48,637 bases of DNA, taken from positions 1 through 48,637 of the forward strand of contig JBKOUM010000103.1 in the NCBI GenBank assembly GCA_046723385.1, in the 5' to 3' direction. A model generated the notes under the pieces. It saw only the letters and a program-made list of their open reading frames with translations, was not told the origin of the DNA and ran no database searches. Origin of the DNA: Actinomycetota bacterium (GTDB lineage: Bacteria; Actinomycetota; UBA4738; HRBIN12). How positions within the stretch are numbered: position 1 is the stretch's first letter; each line of letters begins with the position of its first letter. Shown here in pieces: positions 36,269-45,078 of this stretch. A program made the position numbers and the translations under genes.

Positions 36269-37015
36269 CTACATCCGGCCTGCGGCGATGATCCGGTCCA
36301 GGAAGCGCTTCGTCCGTTCGTTCGTGGGGCTCGAGAACATCCGGTCGGGCGGGCCCTCTTCGAGGATCCGGCCGTCGTCGAGGAAGCAGACCCTGTTCGA
36401 GACGTCGCGGGCGAAATGCATCTCGTGCGTCGCGATGACCATCGTCATCCCCTGCCCGGCGAGCTCTCGGATCACATCCAGGACCTCGGCCACGAGCTCG
36501 GGGTCGAGCGCGCTCGTGATCTCGTCCAGAAGGAGGACGTCCGGGCCCATCGCGAGCGCGCGGACGATCGCGACCCGTTGCTGCTGGCCGCCCGAGAGGC
36601 GGTCGGGATAGTCCTCGGCCTTGTCGAGGAGCCCGAAACGGGCGAGGAGCTCCTGGGCGTTCGCCTCGGCCGCGGCCCGGGTGTGTTTCAGCACCTTGAT
36701 CGGGGCGAGCGAGACGTTCCGGAGGACGGTCATGTGCGGGAAGAGGTTGAACGCCTGGAAAACGATCCCGACCTGACGCCGGACGGCGTTCTGGTCGACA
36801 CCCTGCGCGGTGATCTCCGTGCCGTGGACCCAGATCCGGCCGGCCTCCACACGTTCCAGGAGGTTGATGCACCGCAGGAGCGTCGACTTCCCCGAGCCGC
36901 TCGCCCCGATCAGACAGACCACCTGGTGCTCCTTCAATGACAGATCGATCCCCTTGAGGACCTCGAGCCCGTCGAAGGACTTGTGCACTCCTTCGAGCCG
37001 GATCGCCTCGCTCAC
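36269..37015 (-). CDS. Polar amino-acid ABC transporter ATP-binding protein (GlnQ/HisP-like)
   Basis: Track ORF 36269..37105 trimmed to GTG 37015 ([14 protein letters not shown]...), which overlaps the permease stop (GTGA). [26 protein letters not shown]. Confidence 0.9.
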   Translation of the reverse strand: MSEAIRLEGVHKSFDGLEVLKGIDLSLKEHQVVCLIGASGSGKSTLLRCINLLERVEAGRIWVHGTEITAQGVDQNAVRRQVGIVFQAFNLFPHMTVLRNVSLAPIKVLKHTRAAAEANAQELLARFGLLDKAEDYPDRLSGGQQQRVAIVRALAMGPDVLLLDEITSALDPELVAEVLDVIRELAGQGMTMVIATHEMHFARDVSNRVCFLDDGRILEEGPPDRMFSSPTNERTKRFLDRIIAAGRM

Positions 37016-37899
37016 ACCACACCACCCGCCATCCGGCGCCGGCGCTGTCGCTCGAGGAGCCAATCCGTGAACCTCGTCATCGGAATCGTGACGATCAGGA
37101 AGCACACCGCGGCGCCAACGAACGGCGTGAAGTTGAAGTCACCGGCGCTGACGCGCTGCGCCCGGAGGAACGCCTCGACGGAGAAGGCCGAGACGAACGC
37201 GATCAGCGCGGTGTCCTTCTGGAGCGAGATGAAGTCGTTCATCAGCGGCGGGATCACCCGGCGGACCGCCTGCGGGATCACGACCGACCGGAGCGATTGC
37301 CAGCGTGAGAGGCCCAGCGCGCGCGACGCGGCGCTCTGGCTCGGATGGACCGACTCGATCCCGGCGCGGTAGACCTCGGCTACGTACGCCGAGTAGCTGA
37401 GGATCAGCGCGACCCATCCCCAGAACCACCCGTCGACCGGCAGACCGGGGATCCGCAGCGCCGGGACGCCGAATCCCAACGCGTACACGACGAGGACCGT
37501 CGGGATCCCTCGGAACAGGTCGACGTAGATCGTGGAGAGCAGCCGGACGGGGAAGAAGACGGGGCCCCGGAGCGATCGCAGCACCGCAAGCGTCAGCGCG
37601 AACAAGAGGATCACGGGCTCCGCCGTCAGGAAGTAGAAGATGTTCCGCCTGAAGGCCCTGAGGATCTCCGGGAAGGATTCGGCGAACACCTGCCGGTTGA
37701 GGAACTGGTCCTTGAAGTCTGGCCAGTACGGGGACCGCACGGCCGCGAACACGAGCAGGCCGAGCACGACGAGGGTGCTGGCGGTCGCGATCAGGACGCC
37801 CTTAGCGCCCTCTTCCTTCAGCGAGAACCCGCGGAGGAGCCGCGTACGCCGACGTTCCTTGCGAACATCGCCGCCCGCGGGATCGCCGGGTCGGGTCAC
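37012..37899 (-). CDS. Polar amino-acid ABC transporter permease (HisM/GlnP family)
   Basis: Track ORF, 295 aa. The GTG start is uncertain (basic N-terminal extension, weak SD). Core ...YVDLFRGIPTVLVVY..., SVHPSQSAASRALGLSRWQ. Confidence 0.85.
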   Translation of the reverse strand: MTRPGDPAGGDVRKERRRTRLLRGFSLKEEGAKGVLIATASTLVVLGLLVFAAVRSPYWPDFKDQFLNRQVFAESFPEILRAFRRNIFYFLTAEPVILLFALTLAVLRSLRGPVFFPVRLLSTIYVDLFRGIPTVLVVYALGFGVPALRIPGLPVDGWFWGWVALILSYSAYVAEVYRAGIESVHPSQSAASRALGLSRWQSLRSVVIPQAVRRVIPPLMNDFISLQKDTALIAFVSAFSVEAFLRAQRVSAGDFNFTPFVGAAVCFLIVTIPMTRFTDWLLERQRRRRMAGGVV

Positions 37900-37921
37900 C
37901 GGCGTGTGCCGAGGTTCCAGC

Positions 37922-38833
37922 TCACTTCGACCAGACCGGTACCTCGCCGACGTTCGTCTTCTTGGACAGCCACTCCTGCGTGATCTCCTGCAGCGTCCCG
38001 TCGGCCTTCATCTCCTGCAGAGCCAGGTCGATGCAGGGCGTCAGCGTGCTGTCCTTGGCCTGGACGGTGCCGAAGTACTCCCCGCCCTCGACCGCGTCGT
38101 TCGGGAACTGCGCCAAGACGGTGCTGTTCTTCACCTGTTGCACGAACGGATCCGCCATGTACAGCGCGGTCGGATAGTCCACGACCACTCCATCGGCCTG
38201 GCCGGCGTTCACCGCCGCGACGGCGTCGCGCAGCGTCTGGTACGTACCCGCGGTCCCGCCGATGTAGCTCTCGATCAGGTCGGCGCTCGTCGTACCGAGC
38301 GGCGCCGCGAGCTTGTACTGGGCGAGATCGGCGACGCTCGTGGCGCTCGTGATCGGGGTGTCCTTCACCACCACGAGCGCCTGACTCACGTCGTAGTAGG
38401 ACTCGCTGAAGTCCACCGCCTGCGCCCGCTTCGCCGAGTACGAGGTCTGGTTGATGTCGAAGTCGAACTGCTTGGGGCCCGGGGCGTAGGACTGAGCGAA
38501 CGGAACGACGACCCACGTGACCTGGTCGGACGTGAACCCGATCCGCGTCGCGATCTCGTACGCGACCGCGGATTCGAACCCCTTGCCGGTGTTCGGGTCG
38601 TTGATCTCCCACTCCGACCCCTTCTCGGTCCCTCCCTGGAAATACGGCGGGTACGCGGGGCTATCGGTCCCGACCGTGAGCGCGTCGTCGGTCACGAAGC
38701 TGGCACCGGCCGCGCACCGCTCCGCGGTCTGGGATGTGCTCCCGGTCGCTGCGGGGGACGTCGTCGTCGTGGAGCTGCCGCACGCGACGGCAAGCGATGC
38801 GACCACGATCAACCCCGCGGGCGTCCTGCGCAT
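37922..38833 (-). CDS. Polar amino-acid ABC transporter substrate-binding lipoprotein (SBP family 3)
   Basis: Track ORF, 303 aa. Lipobox LAVACGS, T/S-rich linker. GAGGAGGGGAG upstream of the ATG. Confidence 0.85.
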   Translation of the reverse strand: MRRTPAGLIVVASLAVACGSSTTTTSPAATGSTSQTAERCAAGASFVTDDALTVGTDSPAYPPYFQGGTEKGSEWEINDPNTGKGFESAVAYEIATRIGFTSDQVTWVVVPFAQSYAPGPKQFDFDINQTSYSAKRAQAVDFSESYYDVSQALVVVKDTPITSATSVADLAQYKLAAPLGTTSADLIESYIGGTAGTYQTLRDAVAAVNAGQADGVVVDYPTALYMADPFVQQVKNSTVLAQFPNDAVEGGEYFGTVQAKDSTLTPCIDLALQEMKADGTLQEITQEWLSKKTNVGEVPVWSK

Positions 38834-38857
38834 GCGTCTCCCCTCCTCACGGTTGGA

Positions 38858-38894
38858 CGCCGGAGCCTAGCACGCGTCCCTTCGCGTTCCGGCG
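38858..38894 (-). terminator. Hairpin CGCCGGA...TCCGGCG (7 bp, with inner ACGCG/CGCGT) after the ABC-2 permease gene
   Basis: Arms 38858..38864 and 38888..38894 are complementary. Begins 11 nt downstream of the stop at 38906. No U-tract. Confidence 0.3.
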
Positions 38895-38905
38895 CGATCC
38901 GGGCG

Positions 38906-39682
38906 TTAGCGCCGTGGCTCCCACGAGAACCGTCGGGCCGCGAACACGAGCCCCGCGATCCCCCACAGAGCCACGATCAGGACGTCCCGCCACGAGAAGC
39001 TGAAGAACGGTTGGCCGTAGTACGCGCCGAGGTATGCCTCGACCAGGTGGCGCACCGGGAAGATCTTCCCCACCACGTTCACCCACTCAGGGACGTTGTC
39101 CCCGATCGGGATGAACACGCCGGAGATGAACAGCAGCGGGAGGATCGTCGCGTTCACGATCGGGGGCGCGGCGTCGGCGTTCGGGATCATCGCCGTGATC
39201 GCCAGCCCGAGGGCGGCGAAGCTCGCCGCCCCCACGAGGACGACGACGATCGACTCCGCGAGGTGCACGCCCGAGGGGATGCTCGCGTCGTAGAAGAGGG
39301 CTCCGAACGCCGAGCAGATCACCACGAGGAGGATCGAGATCAGCACCGCGTGGATCACCCGGGCGGCGAGGTAGTCGTACCCCGGCAACGGCGTCCCGCG
39401 CGTCCGCTTCAAGATCCCTGCGTCCCGCTGGAACGTGACGCTGATCGCGAGGTTCGTGTAGCAGGCCGTGATGATCGCGAACGCGGACATCCCGGCGACG
39501 TAGTAGGTCGACTGTTCGAACTCGAGGCCGTTGATCGTGACGGTCCCGCTCCCCAACAGCGACGCGAAGATCACGAGGAACATCAGCGGGAAGACGAACG
39601 TGAAGAACGCCGCCTGTGGGTTCCGCCAGAAGGCCCGGTTCGTGTACCGGACCTGCCGGGCCGTGAGGCCGACGTCGCTCAC
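38906..39682 (-). CDS. ABC-2 type exporter permease
   Basis: 3' part of track ORF 38906..41428. Start at GTG 39682 (VSDVGLTARQVRYTNRAFWRNPQAAFFTFVFPLMFLVIF...), which overlaps the ATPase stop (GTGA). Six hydrophobic segments. Confidence 0.85.
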   Translation of the reverse strand: MSDVGLTARQVRYTNRAFWRNPQAAFFTFVFPLMFLVIFASLLGSGTVTINGLEFEQSTYYVAGMSAFAIITACYTNLAISVTFQRDAGILKRTRGTPLPGYDYLAARVIHAVLISILLVVICSAFGALFYDASIPSGVHLAESIVVVLVGAASFAALGLAITAMIPNADAAPPIVNATILPLLFISGVFIPIGDNVPEWVNVVGKIFPVRHLVEAYLGAYYGQPFFSFSWRDVLIVALWGIAGLVFAARRFSWEPRR

Positions 39683-40587
39683 GTGCCGACCTCCGCGCCG
39701 GTGAGCCGCAGATAGACGTCCTCGAGCGACGGTTGCGTCACCTCGAGGGACTCGAGGACGATGCCGCGGTCGAGGGCCCACCCGGTCAGGTCGTGCACCG
39801 TCTTCGTGGCCCCTGCGGCGTCGACATCGATCTCGAGGGATCCGTCCGGGAGCCGACGGACGTTCCCATCCGGCTCGGGCGCCCCGTCGGGCACGCGGAA
39901 GCGGATCCGGGTCCGCATCTGGTCCCGGCCGGCGAGGCTCGAGGGTGGCCCCTCTGCGACGATCAACCCGTTCGCGATCACGATCACGCGATCGGCCAGG
40001 TACTGCGCCTCGTCCATGAAGTGCGTCGTGAGGAAGACGGTCTTCCCGATCGCGATGAGGTTCTTCACGACCTCCCACGCGTTGCGGCGGGCGCCCGGGT
40101 CGAAGCCCGTCGTGGGCTCGTCGAGGAACAGGAGCTCGGGGTCCCCGGCGAGCGCGATCGCGACGTCGAGGCGACGCTGCTGGCCACCGGAGAGCTTGTT
40201 GACGCGCGTGTCGCGCTTCTCCGTCAGCCCGACGAGATCGATCACCTCTTCGGTCGGCCGCCGCGACGGGTAGTAGCCCGCGTACATCTCGATCGTCTCC
40301 GTGACCGTGAGGAACGGATCGATCCCCGTCGACTGGAGGACGATCCCGATCCGCTCCTTCAACGACTTCTCGCGCTTCGCGGGATCGTGCCCCAGGACGC
40401 GCACGTCGCCGCCGCTGCGATCCCGGTACCCCTCGAGGATCTCCGCCGTCGTCGTCTTCCCGGCGCCGTTCGGTCCGAGCATCGCGAAGACCTCCCCCCG
40501 CTGCACGTGGAACGAGATGCCCTGGACGGCTTCCACGTTGCCGTACGACTTGCGGAGGTCCGAGACCTCGATCACGGACCCGCTCAT
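39679..40587 (-). CDS. ABC-2 type exporter ATP-binding protein (DrrA/CcmA-like)
   Basis: Track ORF 39679..40605 (TTG). ATG 40587 (MSGSVIEVSDLRKSYG) preferred. GPNGAGKTT, LSGGQQRRLDVA. Confidence 0.88.
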   Translation of the reverse strand: MSGSVIEVSDLRKSYGNVEAVQGISFHVQRGEVFAMLGPNGAGKTTTAEILEGYRDRSGGDVRVLGHDPAKREKSLKERIGIVLQSTGIDPFLTVTETIEMYAGYYPSRRPTEEVIDLVGLTEKRDTRVNKLSGGQQRRLDVAIALAGDPELLFLDEPTTGFDPGARRNAWEVVKNLIAIGKTVFLTTHFMDEAQYLADRVIVIANGLIVAEGPPSSLAGRDQMRTRIRFRVPDGAPEPDGNVRRLPDGSLEIDVDAAGATKTVHDLTGWALDRGIVLESLEVTQPSLEDVYLRLTGAEVGT

Positions 40588-40590
40588 CTC

Positions 40591-40623
40591 TCTGTCCCCA
40601 CCCAACTCTTTCTGTCCCCACCC
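40591..40623 (-). repeat. Direct repeat TCTGTCCCCACCC x2 (40591..40603, 40611..40623), 20-bp period, directly upstream of the exporter ATPase start
   Basis: 13/13 identical. On the coding strand it reads GGGTGGGGACAGA twice. Embedded in a run of G-tracts extending to 40656. Confidence 0.6.
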
Positions 40624-40638
40624 GACCCGCCAACGACC

Positions 40639-41640
40639 CTACCCGACCCCGAACCCAAGATCCGTGTCGACGAGGTTCCGCAGAGGCTCCCCTCGGACGA
40701 AGCGCGCCAGGTTGTCGAGGAAGATGTCGACCGACGCGCGTTCCCATCCCTCGAAGTCGCCGCAGATATGGGGGGACACGATCACGTTCGGCATCGACCA
40801 CAGCGGAGAGTCTCCGGGGAGCGGCTCCCGTTCGAACACGTCCAGTGCGGCCCCGGCCAGCCGGCCGTTCCGGAGGGCCTCGATCAGGGCGGGCTCGTCC
40901 ACCGTCGACCCCCTGCCGACGTTGAGGAACCTGGCCGTCGGCTTCATGGCCGCGAAGGCGGCGGCGTCGACGTAGTGATGCGTCCCGGGCGCGAGCGGGA
41001 GCGCATCGAAGACCACGTCGGCGTCGGAAAGCATCGCGTGGAGGTCGTCGAGTCCTCCGACCCGCTCGAAGAGGTCGTCGGGGCGCGGGGCGCGCCCGAC
41101 CGCGGTCACGGACATGCCCAGGTCGTGCGCGCGCCGCGCCGTCGCGCGTCCGATGGGACCGGGCCCCAGGACCAGGAGCCGTTGGCCGGCCAACCGCCGC
41201 GTCTCGCGATCCGCGTCCCACCGATGGCGGGTCTGGTCGACGATCGATCGATCCAGACCCGTCGTCATCGCGAGCATCGCGCCGATCGCCCACTCCGCGA
41301 TCGCGTCGTCGAAGACCCCTCGGGCGTTCGTGATCGTGACGTCGCTCGCCGAAAGGGCCGGGAACAGCAGCAGGTCGACTCCGTCGCTCGCCGTCTGGAT
41401 CCACCGCAGCCGCGTCGCGTCCGGCCACACCTCTTCGAGCGGGCCGATCCGACCTTCGGCGGCGGACGCCTTGTAGAAGAAGAGCGCGTCGGCGTCCGCG
41501 ACCGAGCTCCGGAGCGACGGCACGTCGTCAGCGAAGCGGAGCTGTGCCGTCGGGACCGCGTCCTCGATCCCCGGCGGTGGATCGGCCTCGGTCGCGCAGA
41601 ACACGACGACGATCGGATCGGCGATCCCGTTCGCGCTCAC
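40639..41640 (-). CDS. D-isomer-specific 2-hydroxyacid dehydrogenase family protein (NAD-binding)
   Basis: Track ORF 40639..41685 trimmed to GTG 41640, which overlaps the upstream stop (GTGA). VLGPGPIGRATA (GxGxxG), NVGRGSTVDE, SPHICG. Confidence 0.8.
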   Translation of the reverse strand: MSANGIADPIVVVFCATEADPPPGIEDAVPTAQLRFADDVPSLRSSVADADALFFYKASAAEGRIGPLEEVWPDATRLRWIQTASDGVDLLLFPALSASDVTITNARGVFDDAIAEWAIGAMLAMTTGLDRSIVDQTRHRWDADRETRRLAGQRLLVLGPGPIGRATARRAHDLGMSVTAVGRAPRPDDLFERVGGLDDLHAMLSDADVVFDALPLAPGTHHYVDAAAFAAMKPTARFLNVGRGSTVDEPALIEALRNGRLAGAALDVFEREPLPGDSPLWSMPNVIVSPHICGDFEGWERASVDIFLDNLARFVRGEPLRNLVDTDLGFGVG

Positions 41641-42008
41641 AGGGGGCGGCGCCCCCCGAACCCGCCGGTCGCCTCGTGGTACCACCCGACGTGTTCCTCA
41701 CCGAGCTTCCAACAGAGGAACACCCGCCGCCCGTCGCGCTCGGCGGGGAAGTCGACCAAGCCGGTGTCCGGATCCCGGAGCAGGATCCCGTGGTCGGCCA
41801 GGAACAGCACCTCGGTCTTGAGCGCCTCTTGGTGAGCGAACCAGTCAGAGCCGGCGACGCCCCCACCGTCGCTCGCGACGGCGTCGGTGATCCTCCGGCT
41901 CGAGGCGATCAGCCCGTCACGGGCCGTCCGCAGGCGTGGCAGGCGTTCGCGGAGCTCGCCGAGCTCCGCCTCCGCGTCGTCCACCGTGAACGTCCGCTCG
42001 TCGGTCAC
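41637..42008 (-). CDS. DUF2203-like small conserved protein
   Basis: Track ORF, 123 aa, GTG overlapping the HAD stop (GTGA). N-terminal helical FTVDDAEAELGELRERLPRL and C-terminal HGILLRDPDTGLVDFPAERDGRRVFLCWKLGEEHVGWYHEATGGFGGRRPL resemble my recollection of DUF2203. Confidence 0.6.
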   Translation of the reverse strand: MTDERTFTVDDAEAELGELRERLPRLRTARDGLIASSRRITDAVASDGGGVAGSDWFAHQEALKTEVLFLADHGILLRDPDTGLVDFPAERDGRRVFLCWKLGEEHVGWYHEATGGFGGRRPL

Positions 42009-42709
42009 GACGCCGCCTCGAGGAGCTCAGGGAGCTCGCGGAGGTCCGTCACCCGCGCGCCCTCGAACCCCGGGTGTCGTTCCCGCCGGTCGATCAGGAC
42101 GGGGAACATCCCGAGCGCCGCGGCCGGGTCGTAGTCGAAGTCGGGCACGTCGCCGACATAGACGACCTCGGCGGCCGTGAGGCGAACCCGTTCCAGAGCC
42201 AACCGGAAGATCGCGGGGTCGGGCTTCTCGACCCCTTCGATCCCCGACACGACGCGGATCGGCAGCAGCGGCGTCAGCCGCAGGTCGGCGAGCAGATCCT
42301 CGAGCCACGCCTCGTAGTTGGAGATCACGCCGAGCGTGGCGTCTGCGTCGGCGAGCGCCCGCAGCGCCGGCGCGACGTCGTCGAACGCCGCGTAGTTGCG
42401 GCGGTCCGTGAACGCTCGGTAGAGCGTGTCCGCCAGTCCGTTCCCTCGAGGCAGTTCGAGGACCTCCAGGAACCGGTCGTAGACGCCGAGCCAGAAGCGG
42501 CGGGAACGCTCCGGCGTCGTGGTCCAGAGCGCCTGTTCGCGCGATGCGCGCCGGAACTCATCGGAGACCATCGCGAGCCCGTCGCTGATCGCGACGGGCT
42601 CGCGCGGATACCCCTGCTCCGTCACGATCCTCGCGAAGAGCTCCGGGAACGACGGCGCCGGGTGCACGAGCGTCTCGCCCGCGTCGAAGAAGACCGCTCG
42701 GAACCGCAT
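42005..42709 (-). CDS. HAD-superfamily hydrolase (subfamily IA-like)
   Basis: Track ORF 42005..42769 trimmed to ATG 42709 (MRFRAVFFDAGETLVHP...). Motif I FFDAGETL, motif IV VGDVPDFD. TATCCT lies 6 nt upstream of the ATG. Confidence 0.8.
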   Translation of the reverse strand: MRFRAVFFDAGETLVHPAPSFPELFARIVTEQGYPREPVAISDGLAMVSDEFRRASREQALWTTTPERSRRFWLGVYDRFLEVLELPRGNGLADTLYRAFTDRRNYAAFDDVAPALRALADADATLGVISNYEAWLEDLLADLRLTPLLPIRVVSGIEGVEKPDPAIFRLALERVRLTAAEVVYVGDVPDFDYDPAAALGMFPVLIDRRERHPGFEGARVTDLRELPELLEAAS

Positions 42710-42729
42710 AGCCGCAGGATACCGGCGGC

Positions 42730-43335
42730 TCAGACTGGGGCGGCGGCCCGGGCTTCGAGCTGCCGCCACAAGACGTCGATCTCGCGCTCGAGATCGGCGA
42801 GTGAGCCCTCGTTATCGATCAGGACGTCGGCGGTCCTCGCGCGTTCTTCGAGCGGCAGCTGCGCCGCGATCCGCGCCCGGACGTCCTCCTCCACCATCCC
42901 GCGGGCCACCGAGCGGGCGATCTGCGTGTCGGGAGACACCGACACCACCACGACGACGTCGCAGTCTCGGTGCGTGCCCATCTCGATCAGGAGGGGATTG
43001 ACGAGGACCACGACGCGGTCGGCATCCAGGTTCTCCTGGATCCCGTCGGCGATCATGCGCCGAACCTCCGGATGCACGATCGCCTCGAGATCCGCGAGCG
43101 CCTTGGGATCGGCGAACACGATCGACGCGAGCTTCGGACGATCGAGCTCGCCCTCTGCCGTGAGGATGTCCCGGCCGAAGCGGCCCACGATGCCGCGAAG
43201 CCCCGGCGAGCCCGCGACGACCGCCGCGCGCGCGAACCCGTCGGCGTCCAGGACGACGGCGCCCCGGTCCTGCAGCATCCGAGCGACCGTCGATTTCCCG
43301 GACCCGATCCCTCCGGTGAGCCCGACGAGAAGCAT
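42730..43335 (-). CDS. coaE: Dephospho-CoA kinase
   Basis: 3' part of track ORF 42730..44118. ATG 43335 (MLLVGLTGGIGSGKSTVARML...), 201 aa, single-domain form. Confidence 0.9.
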   Translation of the reverse strand: MLLVGLTGGIGSGKSTVARMLQDRGAVVLDADGFARAAVVAGSPGLRGIVGRFGRDILTAEGELDRPKLASIVFADPKALADLEAIVHPEVRRMIADGIQENLDADRVVVLVNPLLIEMGTHRDCDVVVVVSVSPDTQIARSVARGMVEEDVRARIAAQLPLEERARTADVLIDNEGSLADLEREIDVLWRQLEARAAAPV

Positions 43336-43343
43336 CCGATCGG

Positions 43344-44909
43344 CTACTCGCTCCGGCCCTCTCGGCGCTTCAGGTCCTCGAGGATCGCCTCGAGCGAGAC
43401 CTCCTCGTCGGTCGGCTCTTCGGTCGACTCCTCCTCGGGGGCGGCTTCGGTTGCGGCAGGCGACCCCCCCGTGTCCTCGTCGATGATCGCCTCGCTCTGC
43501 GCGGGCGCGGCCTCGACCGCGACGACCTCGGCCGCGGGCGCCTCGACGGCCGGTTCGGACGTCGCCGCCGGCGCCGAAGTTGCCGTCACAGGCGCCGCCA
43601 CGGCCGGCGCGTCCGCCTCGGCCTCGGCGACGGCATCGAGGATCGCCTGCGGAACCTCGATCGCGGTCGACATCTCGGGACCGGCCTCGCGCTCCGGCTC
43701 CTCCTTCTCGACCTCGATCTCCTTGGGCTTGGGAGGCGCGGACGTGACCTGTCGCATCGAGAGGGAGACGCGCCGGCGCTGCACGTCGACGTCGATCACC
43801 TTGACCTGGACCTCCTGACCGACCTGCAGCACGGACTCCGGGGAGTCGACGTGCTCGTGGCTGATCTCCGAGATGTGGACCAGACCCTCGATGCCCTGCG
43901 CGACGCGGACGAACGCGCCGAACGGCACGAGCTTCGTCACCGTGCCGGTGATGACGGAGCCGGCCTGGGACGTCCGCTCGAACTCCTTCCAGGGGTCCTC
44001 CTGCGTCGCCTTCAACGACAGCGAGACGCGCTCCCGGTCGAGGTCGACGTCGAGGACCTCGACCTCGACCTCCTGGCCGACGGAGACGACCTCCTGTGGA
44101 TGATCGACGTGCTTCCACGAGAGCTCCGAGACGTGGACGAGGCCGTCGACGCCGCCCAGGTCCACGAAGGCCCCGAAGTTCACGATCGAGCTGACGGTGC
44201 CCTTGCGCCGCTCACCCTTCTGCAGCGACTGGAGGAAGGTCTTCCGACCCTCGGACTGCGACTCCTCCAGGAACGCGCGCCGCGAGAGCACGACGTTGTT
44301 CCGGTTGCGGTCGAGCTCGATGATCTTGGCCTCGAGCTCCTGGCCGACGAACGGCTGGAGGTCGCGGACGCGCCGCAGATCCACGAGCGACGCCGGGAGG
44401 AACCCGCGGAGCCCGATGTCGAGGATCAGCCCACCCTTGACGACCTCGATCACCGGCCCGGTGATCGTCTGGCCCGAATGCATCACCTCTTCGATCCGGC
44501 CCCAGGCGCGCTCGTACTGCGCGCGCTTCTTGGACAGGATCAGGCGGCCCTCCTTGTCCTCCTTCTGGAGCACGAGGGCCTCGATCCGGTCCCCGACCTT
44601 CACGACCTGGTTGGGGTCGACGTCGTGGCGGATCGACAGCTCCTTCGAAGGGATCACCCCTTCGGACTTGTAGCCGATGTCGAGGAGCACCTCGTCGCGG
44701 TCGATCTTGACGACCTCACCGTCGACGATGTCTCCGTCCTTGAAGTCGTGGAACGACGCCTCGAGGGCGGCGATCAACTCCTCTGGGGTCAGGTCGGGCT
44801 GATCGCCCGCCTTGGTCGCGGTCGCGGAGGGCTCCGGAGCCACCTCCACCGGCGCTGCCGCCGGGGCCTCCTGCTCGTCCTCGGACGCGACCGTCGTCTC
44901 GTCACTCAT
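43344..44909 (-). CDS. rpsA: 30S ribosomal protein S1
   Basis: Track ORF 43344..44933 trimmed to ATG 44909 (GGAAGGAGA 7 nt upstream). Four S1 domains, then an acidic A/E/P-rich tail ending ...LEAILEDLKRREGRSE. Confidence 0.93.
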   Translation of the reverse strand: MSDETTVASEDEQEAPAAAPVEVAPEPSATATKAGDQPDLTPEELIAALEASFHDFKDGDIVDGEVVKIDRDEVLLDIGYKSEGVIPSKELSIRHDVDPNQVVKVGDRIEALVLQKEDKEGRLILSKKRAQYERAWGRIEEVMHSGQTITGPVIEVVKGGLILDIGLRGFLPASLVDLRRVRDLQPFVGQELEAKIIELDRNRNNVVLSRRAFLEESQSEGRKTFLQSLQKGERRKGTVSSIVNFGAFVDLGGVDGLVHVSELSWKHVDHPQEVVSVGQEVEVEVLDVDLDRERVSLSLKATQEDPWKEFERTSQAGSVITGTVTKLVPFGAFVRVAQGIEGLVHISEISHEHVDSPESVLQVGQEVQVKVIDVDVQRRRVSLSMRQVTSAPPKPKEIEVEKEEPEREAGPEMSTAIEVPQAILDAVAEAEADAPAVAAPVTATSAPAATSEPAVEAPAAEVVAVEAAPAQSEAIIDEDTGGSPAATEAAPEEESTEEPTDEEVSLEAILEDLKRREGRSE

Positions 44910-45003
44910 ACCGTCTGTCTCCTTCCGCACCACGGGACGCTCCGCCGAGGGCGTGTTGGGATTTGCCTCCGGCGCGGGACGCGAACCCCGCGGGCCGTTG
45001 CAG

Positions 45004-45033
45004 ATGGTAGGTGGCCTGCGGAAACCCCGTCAA
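45004..45033 (-). promoter_or_regulatory. Sigma-70-type promoter candidate for rpsA: TTGACG-18 nt-TACCAT
   Basis: Read on the minus strand in the polA-rpsA spacer. It would give a 5' UTR of roughly 90 nt. Confidence 0.4.
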
Positions 45034-45078
45034 CGCGGACCGCGGGCCGGAGACGCCCGACGGGGCCGAAGAGGCGTG

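Noticed and set aside
32995-36291. 1098-aa ORF on the + strand
   Set aside because: It is antisense to the amidohydrolase and uvrB genes, has the same low-complexity R/D/V/G/H composition, and spans two unrelated genes and their junction. Shadow ORF.
39683-41428. 5' extension of the ABC-2 permease track ORF (840 aa); similar over-extensions at 1184..2293, 26282..26896, 43336..44118 and 11149..11364
   Set aside because: The upstream parts overlap, out of frame, genes with clear identities and are Arg/Gly/Pro-rich. In each case the true start is marked by a 4-nt stop/start overlap or an SD.
43344-43760. Low-complexity A/E/P/V-rich region at the 3' end of rpsA
   Set aside because: It looks like the acidic C-terminal tail seen on actinobacterial S1 proteins, is in frame and ends in a conserved-looking LEAILEDLKRREG motif. 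It is not a DNA repeat element or a gene fusion.
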